IMG/VR virus record: IMGVR_UViG_3300042868_009047
Length of the DNA: 64,000 bases
Reading direction: 5' to 3' (one strand)
DNA from: a virus
Lineage: Duplodnaviria; Caudoviricetes
This document shows positions 33,601 to 39,952 of the stretch, one piece after another. Under the pieces are notes generated by a model. The model was not told the DNA's origin, searched no databases, and saw nothing but the letters and a program-made list of their open reading frames with translations. A program made the translations under genes and the position numbers. Within the stretch, counting starts at the first letter, position 1. Each line of letters begins with the position of its first letter.

Positions 33601-34876
33601 AAGAACCATCTGAACCTGTTGATCCAGACTCACCTGACAACCCTGAAGTTCCAAAACTACCATCAACACCTGATAAACCCGATGTACCATCTGATCCAGA
33701 GATACCAGAACTACCATCAACACCATTTAAACCAGAAGTACCAGTTGAACCGCTTTCACCTGAAACGCCACTTGTACCAAAAGAACCATCGTTTCCTGAA
33801 GATCCATCGGATCCAGTTGAACCGCTTTCACCTGATTGACCTGAAGTTCCAAACGATCCGTCATTTCCTGAACTACCGTCAGATCCTGTACTACCTGACT
33901 CTCCACTTACACCTGAAGTTCCATTGGAGCCATTATTACCACTACTACCATCTGAACCAGTTGAACCAGATTCACCTGATAAACCAGATGTTCCGAAAGA
34001 ACCATCAGCACCCGATAAACCGTCTGTGCCAGTGCTACCACTTTCACCGCTTATACCTGATGTACCAAAAGATCCATCATTTCCTGAAGACCCATCGGAT
34101 CCTGTAGACCCGCTTTCTCCACTTATACCTGAAGTTCCGTTGGAACCAGAAACACCACTTATACCTGAAGTTCCGAAGGAACCATCAACACCACTTATAC
34201 CTGATGTACCATCAACACCATCAACACCATCAACACCATTTGTACCTGAAGTACCAGAAACCCCTGATGTACCATAAGATCCGTCATTTCCTGATGAACC
34301 ATCACTACCTGTACTACCACTTTCTCCACTTACACCTGAAGTTCCGAAGGAACCATCAGCACCACTTTCGCCTGAAGTTCCTGTGGATCCAGATTCCCCT
34401 GAAACCCCTGAAGTTCCAAAAGAACCATCATTTCCTGAAGAACCATCAGAACCTGAAGAACCTGATGTTCCTGACTCACCTGAAGTACCGTAAGAACCAC
34501 CTAAACCTGAATAACCTGAAGTACCAGCGGTACCAGATGTACCTGCTAATAAAGGTGAATAAGAATATTCACCAGTAACTGAATTAAACGACACGAAATA
34601 GTTTGGTGAACTATTTTGGGTCATACCAGTAACAAATAATTGATTTAATGTATAAATACCCTTAAGATCTTGGGTATTTTCCCACTGAAGCGTGGAGTTA
34701 TTCCAAACTAGAATATCCCCTTCATTGGGGCCAGCGCCAGCTATTACAACGTCTGATAGATCATCTATACCTAGATTTTCTATAACGTCCTTTATATTTT
34801 GGAAGTTAGCGTCTAATTCCGCGTAGGATAGCGCCCTTCCTAGATCATCCCTAAGATAAATTGTTACTGTTGCCAT
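18629..34876 (-). CDS. Giant (5415 aa) Gly/Ser/Thr G-X-X repeat fibre with C-terminal peptidase S74 intramolecular chaperone
   Basis: N-terminal GRALSYAELDANF fibre-type motif; about 5100 aa triplet repeat; C-terminal AFSDERVK..GVIAQEV..LLIEAIKDL. Confidence 0.9.
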   Translation of the reverse strand: MATVTIYLRDDLGRALSYAELDANFQNIKDVIENLGIDDLSDVVIAGAGPNEGDILVWNNSTLQWENTQDLKGIYTLNQLFVTGMTQNSSPNYFVSFNSVTGEYSYSPLLAGTSGTAGTSGYSGLGGSYGTSGESGTSGSSGSDGSSGNDGSFGTSGVSGESGSTGTSGESGADGSFGTSGVSGESGSTGSDGSSGNDGSYGTSGVSGTSGTNGVDGVDGVDGTSGISGVDGSFGTSGISGVSGSNGTSGISGESGSTGSDGSSGNDGSFGTSGISGESGSTGTDGLSGADGSFGTSGLSGESGSTGSDGSSGNNGSNGTSGVSGESGSTGSDGSSGNDGSFGTSGQSGESGSTGSDGSSGNDGSFGTSGVSGESGSTGTSGLNGVDGSSGISGSDGTSGLSGVDGSFGTSGLSGESGSTGSDGSSGADGSFGTSGQSGTSGSTGSDGSSGADGSFGTSGQSGTSGSTGSDGSSGNDGSFGTSGQSGESGSTGTDGISGNNGSNGTSGISGESGSSGTNGVDGVDGVDGTSGVSGSNGTSGISGESGSNGTYGSSGNDGSFGTSGQSGESGSTGTDGSSGNNGSNGTSGISGESGSTGTDGSSGLDGSFGTSGQSGESGSTGTDGSSGNDGSFGTSGLSGESGSTGSDGSSGNNGSNGTSGVSGESGSNGTDGSSGVYGSFGSNGRSGESGSNGSDGSSGLNGVNGVSGVSGSDGTSGLSGVDGSFGTSGLSGESGSTGSDGSSGNDGSYGTSGQSGTSGSTGSDGSSGNDGSYGTSGLSGESGSTGTNGSSGADGSNGTSGISGDSSSSGTSGSSGSNGTSGIDGESNLSSTSGTSGSSGSTGTSGIGGDSNLSSTSGTSGSSGSSGSTGTNGTAGASGLSQFSGSSGTAGSTGTNGTSGLSANSGSSATSGSSATSGSNGSSGASASSGSSATSGTVGSSGLSASSGSSATSGTNGTSGLSANSGSSATSGTSATSGSSGSSGTSGASALSGSSATSGSSATSGTNGTSGLAANSGSSASSGSSATSGTAGSSGLSASSGSSASSGTSATSGSAGSSGASASSGTSATSGSSATSGTAGTSGSSGASASSGTSASSGSSATSGTAGTSGLSANSGSSATSGSSATSGTTGTSGLAGSSKTSGSSGTSGSSGVDGADGISAISATSGSSGSSGTNGTGGLSGNSGSSATSGSSATSGTAGSSGLSSSAGSSATSGTSGSTGSVGSSGASASSGTSASSGSSATSGTNGTSGLAANSGSSGSAGSSGTSATSGSSGSAGSSGASASSGTSASSGSSATSGTNGTSGLAANSGSSATSGSSATSGTAGSSGLSASSGSSASSGTSGTSGSAGFSGASASSGTSASSGSSATSGTNGTSGLSSNSGSSATSGSSATSGTAGSSGLSASSGTSASSGTSGSTGSNGSSGASASSGTSASSGSSATSGTNGTSGLAANSGSSATSGSSATSGTSGSSGSSASSGTAGSSGNSNSSGSSGTSGSSATSGTNGTSGLSSNSGSSATSGSSATSGTAGSSGLSASSGSSATSGTAGSTGSSGSSGASASSGTSASSGSSATSGTNGTSGLSALSGSSATSGSSATSGTAGSSGLSASSGSSATAGTSGSAGSAGSSGASASSGTSASSGSSATSGTNGTSGLSRLSGSSATAGTSGTSGTDGQSALSDTSGTSGSSGSTGTSGTDGASALSKSSGTSGSSGSSGSTGTNGTSGLSANSGSSATSGSSATSGTTGTSGSSALSGSAGTSATSGTAGSSGLSSSSGSSATSGTAGSSGSNGSSGASASSGTSASSGSSATSGTNGTSGLAANSGSSGTSASSGTTGTAGTNGLSQLSGSSATSGSSATSGTAGSSGLSASSGSAGSSATSGTTGTSGSSALSGSAGSSATSGSSGSTGSAGTSGASANSGSSATSGSSATSGTNGTSGLGRLSGSSATAGTSGTSGTDGQSALSDTSGTSGSSGSTGTSGTDGQSGLSRSSGTSGSSGSSGSTGTNGTSGLSANSGSSATSGSSATSGTTGTSGSSALSGSSGSAGTSATSGTAGSSGLSASSGSAGTSATSGSSGSAGTSGASALSGSSATSGSSGSTGTAGTSGVSANSGSSATSGSSATSGTIGTSGLSRLSGSSATAGTSGTSGTDGVSATSDTSGTSGSSGSTGTSGTDGQSALSKSSGTSGSSGSSGSTGTNGTSGLSSNSGSSATAGSSATSGTTGTSGSSALSGSAGSAGSSATSGTSGSSGLSASSGSAGTSASSGSTGSAGTSGLSANSGSSATSGSSATSGTIGTSGLSQLSGSSGSAGTSATSGTSGSSGSSGSAGTDGASALSRSSGTSGSSGSTGTNGTSGLSSNSGSSATSGTSATSGSAGTVGSSALSGSSGSAGSSATAGTSGSSGSAGTSGLSANSGSSATSGSSATSGTNGTSGLGRLSGSSATAGTSGTSGTDGQSALSDTSGTSGSSGSTGTSGTDGQSSLSRSSGTSGSSGSTGSNGTNGASANSGSSATSGSSATSGTVGTSGLSQLSGSSGSAGTSATSGTSGSSGSSGTSGTDGASALSKSSGTSGSSGSSGSTGTNGTSGLSSNSGSSGTSASSGSTGSTGTSGASANSGSSATSGSSATSGTAGTSGLGRLSGSSATAGTSGTSGTDGQSALSDTSGTSGSSGSTGTSGTDGQSGLSRSSGSSGTAGSSGSTGTNGTSGLSSNSGSSATAGSSATSGTAGTSGVSQLSGSSGSAGTSATSGTSGSSGSSGSAGTDGASALSRSSGTSGSSGSTGTNGTNGASANSGSSATAGSSATSGTAGTSGLSSLSGSSGSAGSSATSGTSGSNGTAGNSGLSQLSGSSASSGSSGTNGTSGLSRSSGSSGTSGSSGTNGTDGQSSLSRSSGTSGSSGSTGTNGTNGASANSGSSATSGSSATSGTIGTSGLSQLSGSAGTSGSSASSGTSGTVGSSALSGSAGSAGSSGTSGTAGSSALSGSAGSSATSGSSGSTGSNGTSGASANSGSSATSGSSATSGTNGTSGLGRLSGSSATAGTSGTSGTDGQSALSDTSGTSGSSGSTGTSGTDGQSSLSRSSGTSGSSGSTGSNGTSGASANSGSSATSGSSATSGTVGTSGLSQLSGSSGSAGSSATSGTSGSSGSSASSGSAGTSGQSANSGSSGTSASSGSTGTNGTAGLSGLSQLSGSSASSGSSGTTGTAGTNGSSRLSGSSATAGTSGTSGTDGQSALSDTSGTSGSSGSTGTSGTDGQSGLSRSSGSAGTSGSSGSTGTNGTAGASGLSQLSGSSATSGSSGTNGTSGLSRSSGSSGTSGSSGTNGTDGASALSRSSGTSGSSGSTGTTGTNGASANSGSSGTSGTSATSGSAGTVGSSALSGSSGSSATSGTSGSSGTAGNSGLSQLSGSSASSGSSGTNGTSGLSRSSGSSGTSGSSGTNGTDGASSLSRSSGTSGSSGSTGTNGTNGASANSGSSATSGSSATSGTAGTNGLSQLSGSSGSAGSSATSGTSGSNGTAGNSGLSQLSGSSASSGSSGTNGTSGLSRSSGSSGTSGSSGTNGTDGQSSLSRSSGTSGSSGSTGTVGTNGASANSGSSATSGSSATSGTIGTSGLGRLSGSSATSGTSGTSGTDGQSALSDTSGTSGSSGSTGSSGTDGASALSRSSGTSGSSGSTGTNGTVGSSNNSGSAGTSGSSATSGTVGTSGVAANSGISVTSGTSGTSGSSGSKGTDGTAGVSGASASSGSSATSGSTGTNGTAGNSGLSQLSGSSASSGSSGTTGTAGTNGSSRLSGSSATAGTSGTSGTDGQSALSDTSGTSGSSGSTGTSGTDGLSGLSRSSGSSGTAGSSGSTGTNGTSGLSGASASSGSSATSGSTGTNGTAGNSGLSQLSGSSASSGSSGTNGTVGTSGLSRLSGSSATAGTSGTSGTDGQSGLSRSSGSAGTSGSSGSTGTNGTSGNAGNSGLSSTSGSSATSGSTGTNGTAGNSGLSQLSGSSASSGSSGSSGTNGTSGLSRSSGSSGTSGSSGTNGTDGQSALSRSSGTSGSSGSTGTNGTSGLSSNSGSSASSGSSGSSGTNGTAGLSRSSGSSGTSGSSGTNGTDGQSSLSRSSGTSGSSGSTGTNGTAGNSGLSQLSGSSASSGSTGTAGTAGLSRLSGSSGSSGSSGTNGTDGQSGLSRSSGTAGSSGSTGTAGNNGASNNSGSSGTSGSNGTSGNAGNIGASALSGSSGSTGTNGTTGIIGGNGLSANSGSSASSGSTGTNGTSGLSRSSGSSGTSGSSGTNGTDGASSLSRSSGTSGSSGSTGTAGTDGISRIAGFAGTSGTSATSGTIGTVGNNGASNNSGSSGTSGSSGSTGTNGTAGNSGLSQLSGSSASSGSSGSTGTAGTNGLAVGSGISTLSGSSGSTGTNGTNGNAGNIGASANSGSSGSTGTNGTTGIIGGNGLSANSGSSASSGSTGTNGTSGLSGLSGSSGTSGSSATSGLAGSSGSSGTEGTTGTTGFRGQSGFSGTSGLSGSAGSTGSNGTSGNAGNIGASALSGSSGSTGSNGTGGVAGLNGISALSGTSGSSGTAGNSGLGGSSGTSGSSGSSGTAGASGSSRLSGSSATSGSNGTSGNAGNIGASANSGSSGSTGTNGTTGNAGANGNSAVSGTSGSTGTAGTNGLPVPSGISQLSGSSGSTGTNGTNGNAGNIGASANSGSSGSTGTNGTTGNNGNSGNSGLSGTNGSTGTNGNNGANGVSGLSGLSGSNGTAGTSGASGGNGVSGLSGLSGSNGSNGTNGNAGGNGNSGLSGTSGSTGSTGTTGNAGGNGNSAVSGSSGSSGTGGTNGLPVPSGISQLSGSSGSSGTNGTSGNAGTIGLSRLSGSSGSTGTNGTSGNNGNSGNSGNSGLSGTNGSNGTNGNNGANGVSGLSGISGSNGTAGTSGASAGNGVSGLSGSSGSTGTSGTTGNAGAIGLSRLSGSSGSTGTNGTNGNNGANGNSGNSGLSGSNGTAGTSGASGGNGVSGLSGISGSNGTAGTNGNNGANGNSGNSGLSGSTGTNGTTGNNGNAGGNGNSAVSGSSGSSGTGGTNGLPVPSGISQLSGSSGSTGTNGTSGNNGNNGNSGLSGLSGSNGSNGTNGNNGGVGLGGVSGVSGTNGSTGTGGANGLNGGNGNSGVSGVNGSNGTNGAAGNNGNNGANGTSGVAGNNGNNGAGGLSGVNGSNGTNGAAGNNGNNGAGGLSGVNGSNGTNGAAGNNGNNGAGGLSGANGTNGTTGVAGTSGQSINGTSGISGGSFTNQPDYLVRTTSATQVQSVSFLKVDTTSNRLGINNASPSYTLDVSGTIYASADVIAFSDERVKDNVVTISDALNKVRSMRGVNYTRNDVEDKSLKMGVIAQEVQKVIPEVISTRESDGYLGVAYSNLVGLLIEAIKDLDKEIQDLKK
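19080..34545 (-). repeat. In-frame 9-nt-period low-complexity coding repeat with higher-order blocks
   Basis: GTS/GSS/GST/ATS/GTN triplets; recurring block GTDGQSALSDTSGTSGSSGSTGTSGTD with varied synonymous codons; boundaries approximate. Confidence 0.9.
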
Positions 34877-34966
34877 TTATATATACGTTAGTTTAAACAT
34901 ACTAACATATAAATAGTACTAAAACTCAATAAGGCAACAGTAACAAGCTTTTTTTTATTATTTTTT

Positions 34967-37432
34967 TTACTCGGTAATACTCACGTTTATTTTTTCAGCC
35001 TTAGTATTATAGGTTATAACTATTTTACCAGATTTAGGCATTTGTTTACGTAACATTTCATCAGAAATCGGATCTTCAATATATTTTTGTATGGTTCTTT
35101 GGATCTCTCTTGCACCATATAATTTATTAAAACCTTTTTCTAAAATAAAATCTTTAGTTTTTTTATCAATTTTAACAGTAAAGCCAATTTCTTTTAAATG
35201 ATTCTCAAAATCTTTTAATTGTAAATCAATGATTTTAATCACATCATCTTGTGTTAAGTAATTAAAATAGACAATCTCATCCAAACGATTAATAAATTCT
35301 GGTTTAAAAGTTTTCTTAAGATTTTTTTCAATAATACTTTTTGAATTAGTATTAGACTCAGTTTCAGAATCGCTAAAACCTATCTTTGTACCAAAATCTT
35401 GAACTTCTTTTAAACCAATATTTGATGTCATTATAATAATGGTATTTTTAAAGTTAATTTTTCTACCATTAGCATCAGTTAAGAAACCTTCATCCAATAA
35501 TTGTAGCATCACATTAAAAATATCTGGGTGAGCCTTTTCAATTTCATCGAATAAAACCAAGGAGTATGGTTTATTCTTAACCTTTTCGGTTAATTGACCA
35601 CCTTCGTTATACCCAACATAACCTGGGGGTGCTCCAATTAATTTACTAATGTTAAATTTTTCGGAATATTCTGACATATCAACACGAATAATCGCATCCT
35701 TTGAACCAAAAACTTTTTCAGCTAAACATTTCGCTAACTCTGTTTTACCAACTCCAGTTGGTCCGATAAATAAAAATGAGCCGATTGGTTTAGATTGTTT
35801 CCTAATACCAGTTCTGTTTCTTTTAATTGAAGAAACAACTTTATCAATTGCATCCGACTGACCAATAACACAATTAGCTAACTCACTATCCATTGATAAT
35901 AACTTTGATATTTCATTCTCAGACACTTTACTAACAGGTATACCTGTCATCATTGACACTACTTCTGAAATCATATCATCTGTCACAATATTTCTTTTAT
36001 CGTTAATCGATAATTTCCAACTTGAATTTTCTTTATCCAATTCAGTGAGAATCTTTTTTTCCTGATCACGAAGTTGAGCCGCTTGTTCAAAGTTCTGTGT
36101 TTTAACAACCTGTTGTTTTTGATCTTTAATTTCTTTTAGCTTGGCTTCAAGATCTTTGATTTTTTGTGGTGCTTTAACAGCAACCTGTGTTCTAGACCCA
36201 GCTTCATCCATAATATCGATGGCTTTATCAGGGAACTCTCTATTTGTAATGTAACGGTCAGCTAATGTAATAATTTCATCAATAGCCTCTTCAGTATAAG
36301 TTACTTTATGAAAATCCTCATATTTTTCCTTAATATTCATAAGGATTTCTTTTGTCTCACCCAATTGTGGTGGGTTAACCATAACTTTTTGGAACCTACG
36401 ATCTAAAGCACCATCTTTTTCAATATGTTCACGATACTCATCAAGAGTAGTAGCACCAATACATTGTAGTTCTCCACGAGCCAACGCTGGTTTAAAAACA
36501 TTTGCGGCATCCAAAGAACCAGATGAGTTACCAGCACCAACAATTGTATGCAGTTCATCGATAAATAAAATTACATTAGGATTATCTTTAGCCTCATCAA
36601 CAATAGCCTTAATCCTTTCTTCAAATTGACCACGATATTTTGTGCCAGCAACAAGTGAAGTCATATCTAATGTTACGACACGTTTGTTCATTAATGGTCT
36701 TGGGCAATCACCATTAGCAATTTTAATCGCTAAGCTTTCAGCAATTGCAGTTTTACCAACACCTGGATCACCAATAAGGATTGGGTTATTTTTCTTTCTT
36801 CTTGTTAAGATTTGACAAACTCTTTCAACTTCTGATGCACGCCCAATAACAGGATCTAACTTACCTTCTTGTGCTAATACCGTTAAATCACGACCAAAGT
36901 TATCCAATGTCGGTGTTTTTGACTTAATGTTTTTATTAGCCTCATTTAATGGTTTTCTATCTCTAGGTAATTCATCATCATTAGAAAACACACTTGCTTG
37001 TGGGGTTGATAACTGTTTAATTTTTTTAGCGATAAATGTTTTTGTTAAACCATATTCTTTAAAAAGTTTAACAATAGCATTTTCTTTCTCCATTGAAATA
37101 AGAAAGAAAAGTTCAACTGTAATGTAATCAGTCGGTTTTTTCCTTAAAATACATTCTTTTATTATTTCCTGTAATTCTGGTTCAAAAGGTAATATACCAT
37201 CTTGTTTACCACTAGATGAGTCCGATAACCTTTTATTGATATCATTTAAATCATTAACCATGACATCGAAATCCAATACCTTGTTTTTAACAACTTCATA
37301 TATCATATTTTCGGTAGTAAGTATACCGAAAATAACATGCTGTAACCTAAGCATTGAATCATCATACTTAACCGCTACGGATTGGCCTCTAGTAAAGGCG
37401 CTTCTTAATTCGTTTGTCATTCTTTCTTTCAT
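34967..37432 (-). CDS. clpC: ClpC-type AAA+ unfoldase (likely start MKERM at 37432)
   Basis: Clp-N domain, [11 protein letters not shown]-like middle ([13 protein letters not shown]), GPTGVGKT, ClpP-docking IGF loop (TKIGFSD). Confidence 0.9.
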   Translation of the reverse strand: MKERMTNELRSAFTRGQSVAVKYDDSMLRLQHVIFGILTTENMIYEVVKNKVLDFDVMVNDLNDINKRLSDSSSGKQDGILPFEPELQEIIKECILRKKPTDYITVELFFLISMEKENAIVKLFKEYGLTKTFIAKKIKQLSTPQASVFSNDDELPRDRKPLNEANKNIKSKTPTLDNFGRDLTVLAQEGKLDPVIGRASEVERVCQILTRRKKNNPILIGDPGVGKTAIAESLAIKIANGDCPRPLMNKRVVTLDMTSLVAGTKYRGQFEERIKAIVDEAKDNPNVILFIDELHTIVGAGNSSGSLDAANVFKPALARGELQCIGATTLDEYREHIEKDGALDRRFQKVMVNPPQLGETKEILMNIKEKYEDFHKVTYTEEAIDEIITLADRYITNREFPDKAIDIMDEAGSRTQVAVKAPQKIKDLEAKLKEIKDQKQQVVKTQNFEQAAQLRDQEKKILTELDKENSSWKLSINDKRNIVTDDMISEVVSMMTGIPVSKVSENEISKLLSMDSELANCVIGQSDAIDKVVSSIKRNRTGIRKQSKPIGSFLFIGPTGVGKTELAKCLAEKVFGSKDAIIRVDMSEYSEKFNISKLIGAPPGYVGYNEGGQLTEKVKNKPYSLVLFDEIEKAHPDIFNVMLQLLDEGFLTDANGRKINFKNTIIIMTSNIGLKEVQDFGTKIGFSDSETESNTNSKSIIEKNLKKTFKPEFINRLDEIVYFNYLTQDDVIKIIDLQLKDFENHLKEIGFTVKIDKKTKDFILEKGFNKLYGAREIQRTIQKYIEDPISDEMLRKQMPKSGKIVITYNTKAEKINVSITE

Positions 37433-37454
37433 GTCTGAATATATATATTTCACG

Positions 37455-37502
37455 CAAAGATAGGAATAATCTTGACATAACCAAACTTTTTTCTTACTTT
37501 TG
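37455..37502. promoter_or_regulatory. Overlapping divergent Bacteroidota sigma-70-type promoters
   Basis: Plus: TTG 37472-74, 20 nt, TACTTTTG 37495-502. Minus: TTTG 37485-82, 19 nt, TATCTTTG 37462-55. Confidence 0.75.
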
Positions 37503-37517
37503 TTAAAAATAAATATT

Positions 37518-37766
37518 ATGGAAAAAACAACAATCTATTTTAAAGACGGTAATTTTATAGAATATTCTAATTATGACGGGAATAATGCTGTCTCTATGAT
37601 TAGTGGAGACCATTTAATCGTAACAACAAAATCAACAGAAGAGACTGAAAATGGGCCATTTATCATTAATAATACCGTAATCTATAACCTAGATACGGTA
37701 AAAAACTTTGTAAAAATAACACCAACAAAAAAATTTAATATCGAAGAAAATGTCAGTAACAAGTAA
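37518..37766 (+). CDS. Hypothetical protein (likely start MEKTT at 37518)
   Basis: ORF downstream of the promoter above. Confidence 0.6.
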   Translation: MEKTTIYFKDGNFIEYSNYDGNNAVSMISGDHLIVTTKSTEETENGPFIINNTVIYNLDTVKNFVKITPTKKFNIEENVSNK

Positions 37767-37992
37767 ACAGTATTTGGGTGAGAACGTAGTAGTTTCGTAT
37801 GAAAGCTCAAACATTAAAGAAGGTAAGTACAACACCAACACTAAAAAACTACAGGTAACATTTAATAATGGTGCAATATATGAATACGATGATGTACCCC
37901 ATGAAACTTTTGCTGCTATGAATTTAGCGGAAAGTCAGGGTAAATACTTCAACACAAATATCGCAAAATCATTCACTTATAGAAAACTTTAA
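37750..37992 (+). CDS. KTSC domain protein
   Basis: SSNIKEGKYN..LQVTFNNGAIYEYDDVP..AESQGKYFN. Confidence 0.85.
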   Translation: MSVTSKQYLGENVVVSYESSNIKEGKYNTNTKKLQVTFNNGAIYEYDDVPHETFAAMNLAESQGKYFNTNIAKSFTYRKL

Positions 37993-37995
37993 TAT

Positions 37996-38460
37996 ATGTA
38001 CGTTGATATACGCCACGAATCAAGAGCTAACATAACTTTCCATAATATGGCAAAGGTTTCCATACGTGGTAACCAGAATTATTTAGTTAAATGGTACTAT
38101 AACAACGAGTTTTTCGGTGAAATGCCTTTAAACGGTGGAACATGGGGAGCTTATCCGATGAATGAGATAGGTCATTGGAGAGTAGAATTTTGGCAAGAAA
38201 ATAAGTTAATCTATACCTATACCAATATTCTGGAAAAAAATAATATCCTTATATTATTCGATAATGATGGTAATGACTTTGGTAAATTTGCTAGAAAAGT
38301 TAAAGAATATTCCGATGATATATCGAATAAGTTTGGCTGTAACGCCTTTGTCTTCTTTAAAAATTCAGAATTATGTGATTTTACCGATCATAAGGGTATA
38401 CCATTAAGATTAAATGATGATATTAACAGCTTTAAAATTATTTATAACAAAACATTATAA
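37996..38460 (+). CDS. Hypothetical protein resembling the N-terminal domain of the 15894 heptosyltransferase
   Basis: By-eye alignment ITFHNMAKVSIRG..GTW..HWRVEFW..ILILFD versus IHFVNGALCEIKG..NMW..EWNIKVY..VYIHLD. Confidence 0.55.
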   Translation: MYVDIRHESRANITFHNMAKVSIRGNQNYLVKWYYNNEFFGEMPLNGGTWGAYPMNEIGHWRVEFWQENKLIYTYTNILEKNNILILFDNDGNDFGKFARKVKEYSDDISNKFGCNAFVFFKNSELCDFTDHKGIPLRLNDDINSFKIIYNKTL

Positions 38461-39125
38461 TGGATAATTTAATTAAAATATACGAAAACGCTATCCCCAG
38501 AGAAGTTTGTGATTTTATTATAAACGAATTTGAAACATCTAAAAACCAAACTGAAGGTATTAGTGGTGCTGGTGTCAATAAACTCGTTAAATCCTCAACA
38601 GATTTGATGATTCATTTGAATTTAGATAACCCAAACTGGGTTTATATCTATGACTATTTAAGAGAAAATTTATTAGGTAATTTGGTCGATTATATCGAAC
38701 AAAACACTTTTATGACAATTACAGGTGGATTTGCGTCAAAAGCTTCTGCTGTAAGAACAGCTCAATCTTGTTATATGGCTGGTAATAACGGTCAACCACA
38801 TATGCAAATGCAAAGATACATTGATGATCAAGGTTACTATGCTTGGCATCATGAAAATGAAGGTGGTACAACCGCTAAAAGAGAATTGTTTTTCATTTAT
38901 TATTTAAATGATGTTGATAACGGTGGTGAGACAGAATTCAAGTTTAACCCAAAAAAGGTAAAACCAGAAGCTGGTAAATTAGTTATAGCCCCAGCTTTAT
39001 GGACACACAAGCATCGTGGTAACCCACCACAAAATGGGCAATACAAATATATTATCACGGGTTGGATCGAAAAAAAGGATGAACACTATATTTCTGAGGA
39101 ATTTGAGGAAGATTACCTAATTTAA
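38460..39125 (+). CDS. 2OG-Fe(II) oxygenase
   Basis: WHHE, YYLNDVDNGGETEF, THKHRGNPP, KYIITGW. Confidence 0.85.
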   Translation: MDNLIKIYENAIPREVCDFIINEFETSKNQTEGISGAGVNKLVKSSTDLMIHLNLDNPNWVYIYDYLRENLLGNLVDYIEQNTFMTITGGFASKASAVRTAQSCYMAGNNGQPHMQMQRYIDDQGYYAWHHENEGGTTAKRELFFIYYLNDVDNGGETEFKFNPKKVKPEAGKLVIAPALWTHKHRGNPPQNGQYKYIITGWIEKKDEHYISEEFEEDYLI

Positions 39126-39150
39126 CTGAAAATAGAGATATTTATCTCAT

Positions 39151-39894
39151 ATGGACAATATTTTAAAAAGTTTTACTATCCAACCTAGTTTATATTCGGA
39201 TATTTGGGAAAACCCATCATCTGATAATTTTAATGAGATAAAACTTAAAAAAGAAATTAGAGAACGTTTAATTGCGATAGGAAAAGATTTTATTGAAAGT
39301 CTTAGTATTGATAGTTTTGCTATCGAGGATATTTTGTTTGTTGGTAGTTTAGCTAATTATAACTGGTCAGAATATTCTGATATTGATTTACATATTGTTA
39401 TAGACAAAAAAGCTGTTAATGATGATAATATTTTAGTTGATGAATTTTTTACAGCTAAAAAAGAGTTATACAATTTAAAACATGATATAAAAATCAAAGG
39501 TTTTGACGTTGAATTATATGTACAAGATGTTGAAGAAGTTTTAGATGCAGCTGATGGTATATATAGCATACTCTATAGTAAATGGAGAAAAGAACCAAGC
39601 AAAGAAAAACCAGAAATAAATAAAAAAGATATTGTTAAAAAAGTAAGAGAGTTTGATAAAAAATTAACGGATATTGCTAATGAAAAGGATGCGGATGCCA
39701 AAATTTTAAAACTAAAAAAACTAAAAGAAAAAATCAGAGCTTACAGAAAAAGCGGTTTAAATGCAACTGGCGAGTTTAGTACTGAGAATTTAGTTTTTAA
39801 ATATTTAAGAAGATCTGGGTATATGGATAGATTAGCTGATATGGGTATTGATGTCAAAGATGAATTTTTATCCCTAGAAAATATAGGGTATTGA
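39151..39894 (+). CDS. Pol-beta-superfamily nucleotidyltransferase
   Basis: GSLANYNWSEYSDIDLH (GS..DxD) plus VELYVQ. Confidence 0.75.
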   Translation: MDNILKSFTIQPSLYSDIWENPSSDNFNEIKLKKEIRERLIAIGKDFIESLSIDSFAIEDILFVGSLANYNWSEYSDIDLHIVIDKKAVNDDNILVDEFFTAKKELYNLKHDIKIKGFDVELYVQDVEEVLDAADGIYSILYSKWRKEPSKEKPEINKKDIVKKVREFDKKLTDIANEKDADAKILKLKKLKEKIRAYRKSGLNATGEFSTENLVFKYLRRSGYMDRLADMGIDVKDEFLSLENIGY

Positions 39895-39952
39895 TATTTT
39901 ACTTTTTTTGCTTATATTTATAAGAAGAATAATTATTTTAAATAACTAAGAT

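Noticed and set aside
19080-34545. Repeats as a possible CRISPR array or ice-nucleation protein
   Set aside because: Repeats are in-frame triplets with synonymous variation and no constant repeat/unique spacer pattern; the AGYGST-type ice-nucleation unit is absent.
19015-34578. Dozens of Pro-rich (PEEPEVP) or Gln/Leu/His-rich ORFs overlapping the giant fibre gene
   Set aside because: Antisense and off-frame shadows of the G-X-X codon pattern; no independent starts, composition or context.
34967-37453. Assignment as ClpB, and ORF-track start at 37453
   Set aside because: Short UVR-like middle domain and IGF loop indicate ClpC; the promoter position favours the start at 37432.
38460-39125. 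2OG oxygenase as a prolyl hydroxylase for the collagen-like fibre
   Set aside because: The fibre repeat is almost devoid of proline.
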